64,000 nt of DNA from positions 103,638 to 167,637 of the forward strand of contig CAZQLN010000001.1 in assembly GCA_964594215.1 (NCBI GenBank), written 5' to 3'. Both the position numbers and the translations under genes were made by a program. The notes beneath the pieces are model-generated. The model saw only the letters and a program-made list of their open reading frames with translations, ran no database searches and had not been told where the DNA came from. This stretch comes from an uncultured Bdellovibrionales bacterium (GTDB taxonomy: Bacteria; Patescibacteriota; Minisyncoccia; Moranbacterales; UBA1568). This document shows positions 9,823-20,001 of the stretch, in pieces. Positions within the stretch are counted from its first letter, which is position 1. Each line of letters opens with the position of its first letter.

Positions 9823-11005
9823 CTTCAATAAAGATATTTTCTATCTTTTCTGAAATAACGTCAGGGCTGAATTTCTTTGTAAAAAGAGTGACTGAGTTTC
9901 GAGAGTGTTCTTCAAAGAGAGTGTGATTTTTGAGGTATTCTTCTACGGATGTAAATACAAACTTTTCGATAGGAACGAGAGCTTGAGTTGCTTGTAAAGC
10001 AAAGAGGTGTTTATAGAAGTCTTTTGGATGATGGTATTTACCGAGCATCTGGAATGTTTTTGGGTCATAATCTTTCAAAGGATGATTGGGATAGGTAAAG
10101 CCATTATAGCCATCGATTATCATTTCTGGGGTGGCAAATTGATCAGTAGCAATAATGGGCATGCCGTGTGCTAGAGCCTCGACCAGAACAAGACCAAATC
10201 CTTCACGAAAGGTCGGCAGGGTAAAAACATGATGCTCTCTATAAAGGGCTCGCATCTCCTCCTCGTTCAAAGTAGCGTCAATGAGATTGATATTTGGAAT
10301 GTTATGCATGATTTCTAGGTCAGATGGTCGAACCATACGCAGCACAGTTACGATGGTGAGTTCTATTTGGTCAGGGTATACTTTTGTAAGATTTTGAAAA
10401 GCATGTACCAACTCTAAACCACCCTTCATATAAAAGACCCCAGCAAAGAGCAGTTTGAGCTTCTGTGGTGGAAAAATCTTTGGATTACTTGCTCGTGTAG
10501 GAACAAGAGGGTAGACGACAACACTCTTAGCCTCTAGCTTCTGGCGCACAGAAGTGGTATATGTGAGCGTACCAAAAAAGCTTTTTTGAGCAGCTTCGCT
10601 CATAAAGATTAGTTTCTTACAATTTTTGGTGAGGGCAGATAGTAAAAAGAGCCATCGTGCAATTGGGTGTTGTGCAATACGCGGGCTGTAGTTAAAGGGC
10701 GCAAGACCAGTCTCAAGATACGTGACAAATGGCTTGTTGGAAAAGAGCATACAGCCATAGGTAAATAGAAGATCGTGACTTCTTACGTACTTAAAGCGAA
10801 TATTGGGGATACCAAAGATTTGGCGAAGGGTGTTAATTTTATTCTTTTTGACACGATTAATCTCTTTTTCAAATTCAGGGAGTGTTTGATATGTATAACG
10901 AACTTTTTTAGTAGGTTTCCATTCAAATTCTACTCTTTTGAGGTTTCTTCCAAAATTAAGAATATGTTGACGTAGGTAGGGTTGAAAGAGAAGAACTTTT
11001 TTCAT
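9812..11005 (-). CDS. glycosyltransferase family 4 (GT-B, group 1)
   Basis: The C-terminal EX7E region REGFGLVLVEALAHGMPIIATD is the GT4 signature. Confidence 0.8.
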   Translation of the reverse strand: MKKVLLFQPYLRQHILNFGRNLKRVEFEWKPTKKVRYTYQTLPEFEKEINRVKKNKINTLRQIFGIPNIRFKYVRSHDLLFTYGCMLFSNKPFVTYLETGLAPFNYSPRIAQHPIARWLFLLSALTKNCKKLIFMSEAAQKSFFGTLTYTTSVRQKLEAKSVVVYPLVPTRASNPKIFPPQKLKLLFAGVFYMKGGLELVHAFQNLTKVYPDQIELTIVTVLRMVRPSDLEIMHNIPNINLIDATLNEEEMRALYREHHVFTLPTFREGFGLVLVEALAHGMPIIATDQFATPEMIIDGYNGFTYPNHPLKDYDPKTFQMLGKYHHPKDFYKHLFALQATQALVPIEKFVFTSVEEYLKNHTLFEEHSRNSVTLFTKKFSPDVISEKIENIFIEATD

Positions 11006-11009
11006 AGAG

Positions 11010-11840
11010 CTACTTTTTTCTTAATACGAGTAGGTTGGAATGTCCAGCAAAGGGAGCGAATAAATGAGAGAGCGCATAGCCAAATATTTGACTGGGGAGA
11101 GAGTGGTTGTTGTAGACTTTTTGAAGAATATTTTTCAGGGGTCCAGGCAGTTCATCTTTGAGACCCTTAAAACCTTCAAATCCTTTTTTCTTCACAAGTT
11201 CAAAGCCATTGTCTTCAAGATCTTTAATAACGAGGTTGCGATCAAGCGCAAACTGATAGAAGTTTTCTAGAGCCTGCTCTTTTTCGTTAAAGAGAGGATA
11301 GAGTTTTAGAAAGACCTTTATTTTTCGTAATAGTGACATGTGGGGAAAGGTAAGAAAAAGGTACCCTCCCGATCGAATAACGCGACTCATTTCAGTAAGT
11401 ATGGATTCATAGCCTTCGTAGAAGTGTTCTATGACACCAAGAGACCAATAACCATCATAAAATGCATCGGGGCAATCGATATGACGAACGTCACCGTATG
11501 TGATGTGTAGTTCTGGAAGAAGGGAGTTGATCTTAGTGACTGTTTCACTAGCAAAATCGATACCATGAGCATTATATCCACGTGACTGAAGTGAGTGGAC
11601 AAACTGACCCTTACCACAGCCACCTTCTAAAATTTTTGATCCGAGAGGGAGATACTTTTTTGTGGTTGGAAAAATGAAGCGTTCTGTAGCTCCTCTAAGA
11701 ATAGTAGTTTTGAGTTTTTCATCTTGCCACTGAGTATCCCAGAATTCAGGTGTAGCTTTCTTCTCTATATAGACGAGACGATTTCTTTTTCGATCAAAAA
11801 AACGCATAGTAGTGAATGTTTTTAGTATATTACGAGTCAC
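11010..11840 (-). CDS. class I SAM-dependent methyltransferase
   Basis: Motif I is ILEGGCGKGQF. The GTG start overlaps the upstream stop (GTGA); an internal ATG at 11807 is an alternative start. Confidence 0.65.
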   Translation of the reverse strand: MTRNILKTFTTMRFFDRKRNRLVYIEKKATPEFWDTQWQDEKLKTTILRGATERFIFPTTKKYLPLGSKILEGGCGKGQFVHSLQSRGYNAHGIDFASETVTKINSLLPELHITYGDVRHIDCPDAFYDGYWSLGVIEHFYEGYESILTEMSRVIRSGGYLFLTFPHMSLLRKIKVFLKLYPLFNEKEQALENFYQFALDRNLVIKDLEDNGFELVKKKGFEGFKGLKDELPGPLKNILQKVYNNHSLPSQIFGYALSHLFAPFAGHSNLLVLRKK

Positions 11841-12913
11841 TCTGGTTTAGATTTTCTTGAGTGAGCATCGTTTGGTAGGGAAAGTTTCTTAAAGAGAGCT
11901 TCATACTGGTCGAGCATTTTTCCAAGAGAAAACTTCTGCAAGGCTTTTAAGCGAGCTTGTTCAGAAAAAAGAGCCTGCTGTTTTGTGATCCTCTTAAGGT
12001 TCCTGACAAACAACAGAGTATCGTAAGTGCGTTTTTGCCAAAATCCATTACCCTCAGATGGTAAGAGGAGTCCTTCTAGGCCATCTTCTACTAATTCTGG
12101 CATTGCCCCATCTGCTATTCCACAGATAGGTAGGCCACAGGCAAGTGCCTCAATGATGTTATTGGGGCAGGGTGGGTTCAAATGGCTGAATAAAAATACA
12201 TCCACTCCTCTTTCATACTCAGGGAGGGACGTATTCTCTATTTTACCAAGAAAATATATCCACGGATACTCCTGTAGCTTTGTTTCAAATCCCTTCAACT
12301 CTCGAATGAAATGACCAGCTACCAGTAACTTGAAGCTACCGGGACGGCTGGCTTCCAGCAGGGTCAGGGCTTTGAGGAGGGGGAGAATCTGATCTCTTCT
12401 CCGAAACTCAGAAGCAGTAAAAAAAAGAGCTTGCTCAGGGAAGTCACGGAGTTTTTGAGAAGATCCTTCTGGTGAAAAAAGATTTGTATCAACCCCATTG
12501 TAAATTATAGAATACTGATCGTGGTATCTCTTTCCTAAAAATCTATCCGCACAGTATTTACTGTAGATACTTTGGTAGACGGTATAGTCGGTAAAAAGAT
12601 GGCGGATAAGAGTTGCTTTAAGATTAAGTAGAGGGAATTTCCAACTAGAAACTGACCAATAGTAGACTCCGTCAAGTCTTTGGACGATAGGAATTTTACG
12701 TCTCTTAGCTTTAAGGATGTACCTAAAAGGTGCCTGAACGATGAGAAAAAGAATATCGTAGTCAGGTGTTTCCTGAAAAGTAACTTCATGACCTCTCTTT
12801 TCTAAACCAAGTTTAAATTTATTCACAAAACTTGAGGGACCACCGATATCTTTTACCTCAAATGGGATAAATATTTTCATAAGAAGAGATTTCTTTTCAG
12901 GCTCCTGAGCCAA
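11837..12913 (-). CDS. glycosyltransferase family 4
   Basis: LFSHLNPPCPNNIIEALACGLPICG is the GT4 C-terminal domain signature. Confidence 0.7.
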   Translation of the reverse strand: MAQEPEKKSLLMKIFIPFEVKDIGGPSSFVNKFKLGLEKRGHEVTFQETPDYDILFLIVQAPFRYILKAKRRKIPIVQRLDGVYYWSVSSWKFPLLNLKATLIRHLFTDYTVYQSIYSKYCADRFLGKRYHDQYSIIYNGVDTNLFSPEGSSQKLRDFPEQALFFTASEFRRRDQILPLLKALTLLEASRPGSFKLLVAGHFIRELKGFETKLQEYPWIYFLGKIENTSLPEYERGVDVFLFSHLNPPCPNNIIEALACGLPICGIADGAMPELVEDGLEGLLLPSEGNGFWQKRTYDTLLFVRNLKRITKQQALFSEQARLKALQKFSLGKMLDQYEALFKKLSLPNDAHSRKSKPE

Positions 12914-13674
12914 GTAGGAGTAAGAGCAACTAAAAGGGGTTCGAGAATGAAGCGGTATTCGAGAAGAGATCTTCGGTATAACCTAAGGTATTTGAGTTGT
13001 GTTTTGACACATTGAAGCATCTGCTCGCGTTGTTTCTGAGAAGAAAGAGTGTTCATGGCATTACGATGACAGAGAAATGCCGGAAGGTTGGCAAAATGAG
13101 TTTTTGGTAGAAGGCGAAGCCAGAGGTCATAGTCTTGACCATAGCGTACGTTACTATCATAACCACCAAGAGCTTTGACAAGTTCGGTACGGAAGAGTAC
13201 AGCACTGTGAGCAAAGGGATTCCTCTTGAAGATAGATTTTTTGATGATGGTATCGGTTTCGGGGAGGGTGACGGGTATTTCTTTGGTTGTAAAATGATTG
13301 ATATAGTTGGTACCTACCATACCGTGATTTGGATGTGTTTCAAGAAAAGAAAGTTGTTGGGTAAGTTTGGAAGGCTCCCACCAGTCATCACTATCGATAC
13401 GAGCTGTGTACGGACTGGTAATAGACTGAAGTCCCAGGTTTAGGGATCGAGTAAGGCCAAGGTTTGTTTCATTTTCTATGAGGAGCAAGCGCTCACCAAA
13501 GAATTGACGCCACTTCTGGATGATTTGTGATGAGGTATCTGTAGAGGCATCATTGATGCAAACGATACTGAAATCCTGAAAACTTTGGTCAGCGATACTC
13601 TGAAAACACCTAGCAAGGGTTTTTTCATCATTGAAAACAGAAATCAAGATAGAGAGGCGAGGTGATGGATTCAT
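12877..13674 (-). CDS. family-2 glycosyltransferase
   Basis: Signatures are LSILISVFNDE, CINDASTDTS and RIDSDDWW (DxD). The start is placed at MNPSPR, which gives an ATGA overlap with the upstream stop; the ORF could extend to 13710. Confidence 0.7.
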   Translation of the reverse strand: MNPSPRLSILISVFNDEKTLARCFQSIADQSFQDFSIVCINDASTDTSSQIIQKWRQFFGERLLLIENETNLGLTRSLNLGLQSITSPYTARIDSDDWWEPSKLTQQLSFLETHPNHGMVGTNYINHFTTKEIPVTLPETDTIIKKSIFKRNPFAHSAVLFRTELVKALGGYDSNVRYGQDYDLWLRLLPKTHFANLPAFLCHRNAMNTLSSQKQREQMLQCVKTQLKYLRLYRRSLLEYRFILEPLLVALTPTWLRSLKRNLFL

Positions 13675-14789
13675 ATTTTTTGAGCACTTCTCTTGTAAAA
13701 CGCTATCCACTGAGAGGTAACGCGGGGGAGTGAGTAGGTTGTTTCCATTAAGTTGAGGGCGTTGTTACCCATAAGTGCTCTCTCCTCTGGATTTTGAAAA
13801 AGGCTTTCTATAGCCTGATTTAGAGCCTTGGCATCCTTGGTGGGACAGAGAAGTCCAGTTTTTTGATCAGTAATGAGTTCTCTATTTTCGGGAATATCTG
13901 TTGTGATGACTGGGAGACCAGAGGCCATCGCTTCCATGATAGCATTGCTCATACCCTCAAAAAAAGTAGGCAATACAAAAATACTTGAGATACGGAGGAG
14001 TTGCGGAACGTCTGGTCTTTGACCAAGAAAGAAAATGTTATCTCTGGATAGGTAGGATGCTACTTGTTTCTGAAGATTTTCCTTTTCTTGTCCTTCGCCC
14101 ACGAGAAGTAATTTCCCATTTTTGTTTTTTTGGAAAAAGCTTTCAAAAGCACTCAGTAAATACGTGTGCCCCTTGTTGATGTGAAGGTTAGCAACACAAA
14201 TGATGACAAAGTCTTTATCGATTATGCCGAGACTATTTCTAAGTTCTTGTGAAGGTTCTAAAGAAGTAAACATCTCTAAATCCATAGCACAGGGTAGGAC
14301 AGTTATTTTTTTTTCAGCAACACCAAATCTTTCCACATAAGCCTGTTTCACTGACTGCGCATTGGCGATGTAGCCATCACAAAGATATCGAGTAGTCTTT
14401 TCAAAGAGACGAGGAAACCAATACGTATCAAAATTATAGGTAGTGACCAATGAAGAAATGGTATGACAAGGGAGTACCCACTGAATAATAAGGCGACCTA
14501 TGACATCAGCATGAAAAAGGTGTGTGATGAGTAGGTCAGGATGTAAAGACTTTATTTTTTTAGCAAGTTGTATATAAGAAATTGGATTGTAGTAATGTTT
14601 CTGATCTAAAGCAAGTACCTGGATACCTTTTTTCCGAAACTCTGCTGCGAGAGAACCCTCCTTTTCAATGGTAACAATAATATTTTCAACCTCCTCATTA
14701 ATCTTAGGGAGCATTCTCAACAAAGCCATTTCACAGCCTCCAACTTCTAGAGTTCTAATAAGTTGAACAACCCTTCTCTTAGAATTCAT
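13671..14789 (-). CDS. glycosyltransferase family 4
   Basis: FEGMSNAIMEAMASGLPVITTD is the GT4 signature. The start is placed at MNSKRR (14789); the ORF is open to 14861. Confidence 0.75.
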   Translation of the reverse strand: MNSKRRVVQLIRTLEVGGCEMALLRMLPKINEEVENIIVTIEKEGSLAAEFRKKGIQVLALDQKHYYNPISYIQLAKKIKSLHPDLLITHLFHADVIGRLIIQWVLPCHTISSLVTTYNFDTYWFPRLFEKTTRYLCDGYIANAQSVKQAYVERFGVAEKKITVLPCAMDLEMFTSLEPSQELRNSLGIIDKDFVIICVANLHINKGHTYLLSAFESFFQKNKNGKLLLVGEGQEKENLQKQVASYLSRDNIFFLGQRPDVPQLLRISSIFVLPTFFEGMSNAIMEAMASGLPVITTDIPENRELITDQKTGLLCPTKDAKALNQAIESLFQNPEERALMGNNALNLMETTYSLPRVTSQWIAFYKRSAQKI

Positions 14790-15873
14790 AGATGCCCGTA
14801 CAAGTGATGCCAGCTTCTGGATGTTCAAAAGCTTCAATACTTTGTAGTTTAGCTGAATCAAACCATTCGCAGATCTCCTCTACGTAGTAGTAGTTGCTTT
14901 TAGGTGTTGCTAATACGTCAAAGGCATCGTTAAGTTTCATATTAAAAGGGAAATTGGCGTAGTAAGAGAAAGGTACTTTCTTAGCTAATTTCTTGAAGCC
15001 ATACCAATTGAGAATATGAGTGAGCATATTGATGATATGAATAGCTAGTCCTGGAATATAGCAAAGCTTGTAGAGGAGTGGTTTAGGGAGGTTTTTGAGA
15101 AGGTCACGGAGTGGTTCATAAAAATACAAAGCTCGCGTGTTATTGCGACGATTGTAGACCCAGATAAGCATGCGACCACCTTTCTTGAGTACAGGAGGAA
15201 GCTTAGTAAAGCCATCTTTAGGTTTTGGGAGATGATGAAGGACACCAATAGAGTAGGCTATATCAAACTTACCAGTAAATGGCATAGCATAGATATCTGC
15301 CTGGACAATACAGACATTCGGGAGATGATGAGTCATCTTATAAGCCACCTCGACACTTTCGCCAAGATCAGTCCCAAAGGATACCGTGGTACCAGAAAGC
15401 GCAGCCCATTTGGTGAAACGTCCTGATCCACAGCCAATATCAAGAGTAAATTTTCCTTCGAGATCTGATTCTTTAATATAGGGACTTAAGAAGTGTAAGA
15501 AATTCTGTTTCTCGTAATCATTTTCTTTGTAGATATACTTCCACTCATAAGCAAAGCTTTCAGCAGTTTTCTTTTGATGAGTGATAAAAGCATCAAAGTC
15601 CTTGATACGATCTAGGCTTTCTTGCCATTCTTTTTGAACATCTTGAGGTAGAAGATCTTTGTATTCGTGGAAAAACTCATAACGAGTTTGTAGGAGATTT
15701 TCACGTAGTTCAGCTACCATGATGCGAGGAATACCAGAAATGATGGGATACCAAGTAGTGTTACTTTTGAGAATACCCGCTTCGATATGTTGAGTATCCT
15801 CTTTGAGTACCTGTAACTCAAAAGAAGTGCCAGAAAGTGGGTCAGAAAGATAGGGGAGATGATTTTTTCGCAT
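14779..15873 (-). CDS. class I SAM-dependent methyltransferase with degenerate N-terminal Trm112-like segment
   Basis: Motif I is LDIGCGSGRFT. The N-terminus (LSDPLSGTSFEL...WYPIISGIPRIM) resembles a Trm112/YcaR-like ribbon but lacks the cysteines. The ATG is at 15873; a TTG at 15894 is possible. Confidence 0.65.
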   Translation of the reverse strand: MRKNHLPYLSDPLSGTSFELQVLKEDTQHIEAGILKSNTTWYPIISGIPRIMVAELRENLLQTRYEFFHEYKDLLPQDVQKEWQESLDRIKDFDAFITHQKKTAESFAYEWKYIYKENDYEKQNFLHFLSPYIKESDLEGKFTLDIGCGSGRFTKWAALSGTTVSFGTDLGESVEVAYKMTHHLPNVCIVQADIYAMPFTGKFDIAYSIGVLHHLPKPKDGFTKLPPVLKKGGRMLIWVYNRRNNTRALYFYEPLRDLLKNLPKPLLYKLCYIPGLAIHIINMLTHILNWYGFKKLAKKVPFSYYANFPFNMKLNDAFDVLATPKSNYYYVEEICEWFDSAKLQSIEAFEHPEAGITCTGIYEF

Positions 15874-15941
15874 AGTACAAATTAAGGAAAACAAAAATTA
15901 TGGCTTAGATTAAGTCTTTTATATAGTATAACACAGGTCTT

Positions 15942-17828
15942 TTAGTCGAAGTATGCTTCAAACCAAAGCTCGAGAGTGAGGAGTGCCCAAATTCGTGGGG
16001 CGTGGTTGATACTGGTTTGGCAATGTTCATCAAGGAGGGCTCGCACAGAAGCTTCACGAAAGAGATTACGCGAGAGAGCTTTTGATGAAAGGAGTTTTTG
16101 GTACATGTAGTCTCGTAGTTCAGTCCGAAACCATTGGTCTATAGGTACACCAAAACCCATTTTTGGACGAAACATGACCTCGTCTGGGATGAGACCACGT
16201 AAGGCTTCTTTGAGGATATACTTCTTATCATTGATACCTTTCAATTTCAGACTAAAAGGTATTTTGGCAGTCAGTTCGAGAAACTCATGGTCAAGAAATG
16301 GCGAACGACCTTCAAGCGACACCGCCATAGTAGCAATGTCAACCTTGGCCAGAAGGTCATCGGGTAAGTACGTGACGAAATCAGCATAGACAGCTTGCTC
16401 GGCCTTGTGGGTACTTCCGCTTTGGGTAAATGTCTTGGCTATAAGGTTATGGGTATTTGGGAGTAGTTTAGATTTGAAGTCTTCTGTATACAGAGCCTCT
16501 TTCTGTTTAGTGGTAAAATACGAGGTGAAGAGCATGTAGCGCGCACGATAGTCTTCATCAAGACTCTCGATAAAGCGACACATTCTTTCTAGTAGATTTG
16601 TCTTGAATACTAAGTAGAGGAGCTTGCAAGGAGGCTTTATGAAAAGCTTAATAAGAGGAGAAAAAAATGTAGCCAGAATGGAAATCTGAAAAGCGCTATA
16701 ACGACTATATCCCGCGAAGTTTTCGTCACCACCATCACCATTGAGAGCCACTGTTACATGTTCTCGAGTCAGTTTGCTCACGAGGTAGGTAGGAAGAGCA
16801 CTAGAGTCTGCAAAAGGTTCTTCATACTGACGTACCAATAGAGGGAGGAGTTCAATAGCATCAGGTTTGACAATAAACTCAGTATGATGAGTTTTGAATT
16901 TCTCAGCTACCATGCGGGCGTAGGGGAGTTCATTATAGGCATCTTCTTTGAAACCAATCGAAAAAGTTTTAATAGGAGAAGGAGAATTCTTAGTCATGAA
17001 CGCCACAACTGCACTGGAATCAATGCCACCAGAGAGAAAAGCACCGAGAGGAACATCAGAAATCATTCGCAGACGGACGGACTCATCGAGTTTCTCGAGA
17101 ATTTTTTGCTTCCAAGACTTTTTGCTTAGGTTCCACTTGGTACCGTAATCGAGTTTCCAGTAGCGCTTCTTCTCTATTTCGCGAGTCTTCAGGTTAATAA
17201 AGAGAGAGTGAGCAGGTTCTAACTTTTTGATGTTCTTAAATCCAGTCAGAGGAGCAGGGACATATTGAAGGGTGAGGTAGTGATGGATAGCCTCATAGTC
17301 AGGGGCACGCTCGTATTCTGGTTGAGTTAGGAGAGCTTTGAGCTCTGATCCAAAAAGAAAGACTTTGTCATCGAGATAGTATTTGAAAGGTTTTTTGCCT
17401 ACTCGGTCCCGAGCACAAAAAAGAGTGTGTTCCTGCTCATCATAAATGGCAAGTGCGAACATGCCACGCAAATGCTCTACACAATCTTTGCCATACTCGG
17501 CATAGAGAGCGAGAATAACCTCAGTATCTGATTGGGATATAAAGGTATGACCCTTTTGGATAAGTTCTTCTTTTTTCTCTTGAAAATTATAGATTTCGCC
17601 ATTGAAAACAATCTCATAACGATTGAGATAACGCATGGGTTGTCGTCCAAGAGGAGAAAGATCAATAATAGCGAGACGCTGATGACCAAGACCTATGGTT
17701 TGATCTGGTGATATATAGATGCCAGTTGCATCAGGGCCACGATGCTCTATAGCTTCACTCATTTGAGCTATTTCTCTCTCTGAGATAGCTCTGTTCTCAA
17801 AAGTGATTTTACCAACGATACCACACAT
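15942..17828 (-). CDS. asnB: asparagine synthetase (glutamine-hydrolysing) family amidotransferase, WbpS-like
   Basis: The N-terminal MCGIVG places the Ntn cysteine at position 2. The PP-loop is SGGIDSS, and the length is 628 aa. Confidence 0.85.
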   Translation of the reverse strand: MCGIVGKITFENRAISEREIAQMSEAIEHRGPDATGIYISPDQTIGLGHQRLAIIDLSPLGRQPMRYLNRYEIVFNGEIYNFQEKKEELIQKGHTFISQSDTEVILALYAEYGKDCVEHLRGMFALAIYDEQEHTLFCARDRVGKKPFKYYLDDKVFLFGSELKALLTQPEYERAPDYEAIHHYLTLQYVPAPLTGFKNIKKLEPAHSLFINLKTREIEKKRYWKLDYGTKWNLSKKSWKQKILEKLDESVRLRMISDVPLGAFLSGGIDSSAVVAFMTKNSPSPIKTFSIGFKEDAYNELPYARMVAEKFKTHHTEFIVKPDAIELLPLLVRQYEEPFADSSALPTYLVSKLTREHVTVALNGDGGDENFAGYSRYSAFQISILATFFSPLIKLFIKPPCKLLYLVFKTNLLERMCRFIESLDEDYRARYMLFTSYFTTKQKEALYTEDFKSKLLPNTHNLIAKTFTQSGSTHKAEQAVYADFVTYLPDDLLAKVDIATMAVSLEGRSPFLDHEFLELTAKIPFSLKLKGINDKKYILKEALRGLIPDEVMFRPKMGFGVPIDQWFRTELRDYMYQKLLSSKALSRNLFREASVRALLDEHCQTSINHAPRIWALLTLELWFEAYFD

Positions 17829-17856
17829 AAGAATCCCTTAAAAAAGCCTTAGTTAC

Positions 17857-17886
17857 TTGTCTATAATAGCTTATCCAGGCTATACT
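17857..17886 (+). promoter_or_regulatory. putative sigma70-like promoter for the 17912 methyltransferase gene
   Basis: TTGTCT-N18-TATACT lies 26 nt upstream of the ATG in a divergent intergenic region. A second TATAAT is at 17863. Confidence 0.3.
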
Positions 17887-17911
17887 GACAAAAATTAGCT
17901 AACTCTAGCCT

Positions 17912-18850
17912 ATGGAAAGTATTACCTGTAAGGTCTGCGAGAAAGAAAACTGGATCCCGGTACTCGAGAGTAGGGATTTTCTCCATGACCTCCCAGGAAA
18001 ATTCACCGTTGCTCGTTGTAGCAATTGCGGTTTCATGGCGACCAACCCACGTCCTGATGCCACTGAAATTTTGAGTTATTATCCAGAAGAGTATGCCCCG
18101 TATCAGTTGAATACCTGGAGAGTGGAAAAAATGGTGCGGTACCGGCAGAAACATCCTAAACTTTTTCGCCTGGTAGATCCCAATATTTTTTGGATAGTTC
18201 GCAAAGGAGAGAAAAATCTTAACGTGTTAGAAATTGGTTGTGGAGCAGGAAATTTCCTGTATGAACTGAGGCTACGTTTCCCAGATTGGAAACTTACAGG
18301 AGTTGATTTCAGTGTGAGCTCGATTAAGAAACTGCACGAAGAAAAAATTAAGGCCTATGTTTCAGATTTACAACAACTACGCGAAGAGAGTGGATCTCAA
18401 GATGTAGTTTATGGTTTTATGATTATTGAACACCTTCACTATCTTGAGAAGACTCTGGGAGAAGTCAAGCGAGTTCTTAAAGATGATGGTCAATTTATCA
18501 TAGCAGTGCCAAATATAAAAAGTTTTGCGTTCACGTTATTTGGGAAATACGCTAATTTTCTCCATCTTCCAGCTCACCTCTATCATTTTTCTGAAGCGAG
18601 CCTGACAAAAATAATGAATCAGAACGGTTTTGTAGTCGAAGAAGTTATCTATCACCGGACACTTCAAGATAGCGCTATAAGTCTGAGCTATGGTATTCAA
18701 GAAAGTCATCTGCCGGAGAGTCTGAAGAAAATTCTTCTGAGCATCTTTCGTTGGCGTACACTCTATCATTTTTTGACTTTACCGCTGGCCTATATTCAGG
18801 CTTGGACAAAACAATCACCAGGTATGACTGTTATCTTACGAAAAACTTAA
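17912..18850 (+). CDS. class I SAM-dependent methyltransferase with N-terminal Cys4 zinc-ribbon
   Basis: Cysteine motifs are CKVCEKEN...CSNCGFM. Motif I is LEIGCGAGNFL and IIEHLHY follows. It is a paralog of the products at 343 and 2541. Confidence 0.7.
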   Translation: MESITCKVCEKENWIPVLESRDFLHDLPGKFTVARCSNCGFMATNPRPDATEILSYYPEEYAPYQLNTWRVEKMVRYRQKHPKLFRLVDPNIFWIVRKGEKNLNVLEIGCGAGNFLYELRLRFPDWKLTGVDFSVSSIKKLHEEKIKAYVSDLQQLREESGSQDVVYGFMIIEHLHYLEKTLGEVKRVLKDDGQFIIAVPNIKSFAFTLFGKYANFLHLPAHLYHFSEASLTKIMNQNGFVVEEVIYHRTLQDSAISLSYGIQESHLPESLKKILLSIFRWRTLYHFLTLPLAYIQAWTKQSPGMTVILRKT

Positions 18851-19998
18851 GAGAGTATTTTTGCAAAAAGTGTCTGATAAGAATCAATAGCTTTCTCCCA
18901 TACGAAAAGACCAGAGACTCTTTTTTCAGCATTCTGACCATAGCTCTCCAAGAGCGATTTCTTGGCCTGGAGTTTAAGAAGAGCATCTTTGAGAGATACT
19001 ACATCTCTAGGCTGAACCAAAATGCCATCGTCTATACCGGTAATTATTTCATCGGTACCGCCAACATTAGTAGCTATGATAGCTTTTTTGAGAAGAGCTG
19101 CCTCTATGACTGAAGTAGGGATACCTTCGGTGTAACTCGGGTTAACAAAAATATCCCATGTTTTGAGATGTCCCATAGCAATGGGGAGTGGCAAAGCGCC
19201 GAGAAATGTTACATATGGCGTGAGTTTTAAGGCAGAAACTTTTATTTCTAGATTTTTTCTTTCTGGTCCATCACCAATAATGATAAGATGAGATGCTTGA
19301 TAATTACTAGAAGCAAAAGCTTGGATGAGATCCTTCACTCCTTTGCCTTCTATGAGTCTACCAATGTAACCAATGAGGATTTTATGGGGATGTCGTTCTC
19401 GTATATCCAAGATAGGCAGCGCATTTTGAATGAGCTCTTTTTCTATACCACGATAAATAATATGACAATCGGTGCGACCCGAGAGTTTTTGGACAAATTG
19501 CTGAGAAGCTTGAGAATTAGCAATAAGCACCTTGGCTTGACGTAAAACAAAGCGCCCGAAAGTATAATCGTACCATTGGCTGAGTATATTTTTGTAAAGA
19601 TTTTCAAATTGAGCAAAATCAGAGCCATGTTCTATGTGAACCCAAGGAAGATTTTTCTTCCAAGCTAAGTAGCCTGCCATAAGAGAGGGAAAGAAAAAGC
19701 GAGTACGAGAAATAATAATCTCAGGAGAACTCTGTTTGATTTTTTTCCACAGAATCCAGAAACTTTTTTCCCAGAAAGCGGGAATGGGATAGTTGTGAAT
19801 GAGCTCTATGGCCGGGAAACGAATGATGGATACATTCTTATGGAGAGTTTCTTCGAGAGAAGATTCGAGAGGAAAGTGTGGTGTAAAAACAGTAATAGCA
19901 ACATCACGCTTCGAAAAGTGCTTATTGAATTCATCGCTATGTGTTTCTAGGCCTCCACGGTGTGGCGGATAATAGGGGGAAAAAATAAGGAGTTTCAT
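18847..19998 (-). CDS. glycosyltransferase family 4
   Basis: YTEGIPTSVIEAALLKKAIIATNVGG is the GT4 signature. Confidence 0.75.
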   Translation of the reverse strand: MKLLIFSPYYPPHRGGLETHSDEFNKHFSKRDVAITVFTPHFPLESSLEETLHKNVSIIRFPAIELIHNYPIPAFWEKSFWILWKKIKQSSPEIIISRTRFFFPSLMAGYLAWKKNLPWVHIEHGSDFAQFENLYKNILSQWYDYTFGRFVLRQAKVLIANSQASQQFVQKLSGRTDCHIIYRGIEKELIQNALPILDIRERHPHKILIGYIGRLIEGKGVKDLIQAFASSNYQASHLIIIGDGPERKNLEIKVSALKLTPYVTFLGALPLPIAMGHLKTWDIFVNPSYTEGIPTSVIEAALLKKAIIATNVGGTDEIITGIDDGILVQPRDVVSLKDALLKLQAKKSLLESYGQNAEKRVSGLFVWEKAIDSYQTLFAKILS

Positions 19999-20001
19999 AG
20001 A

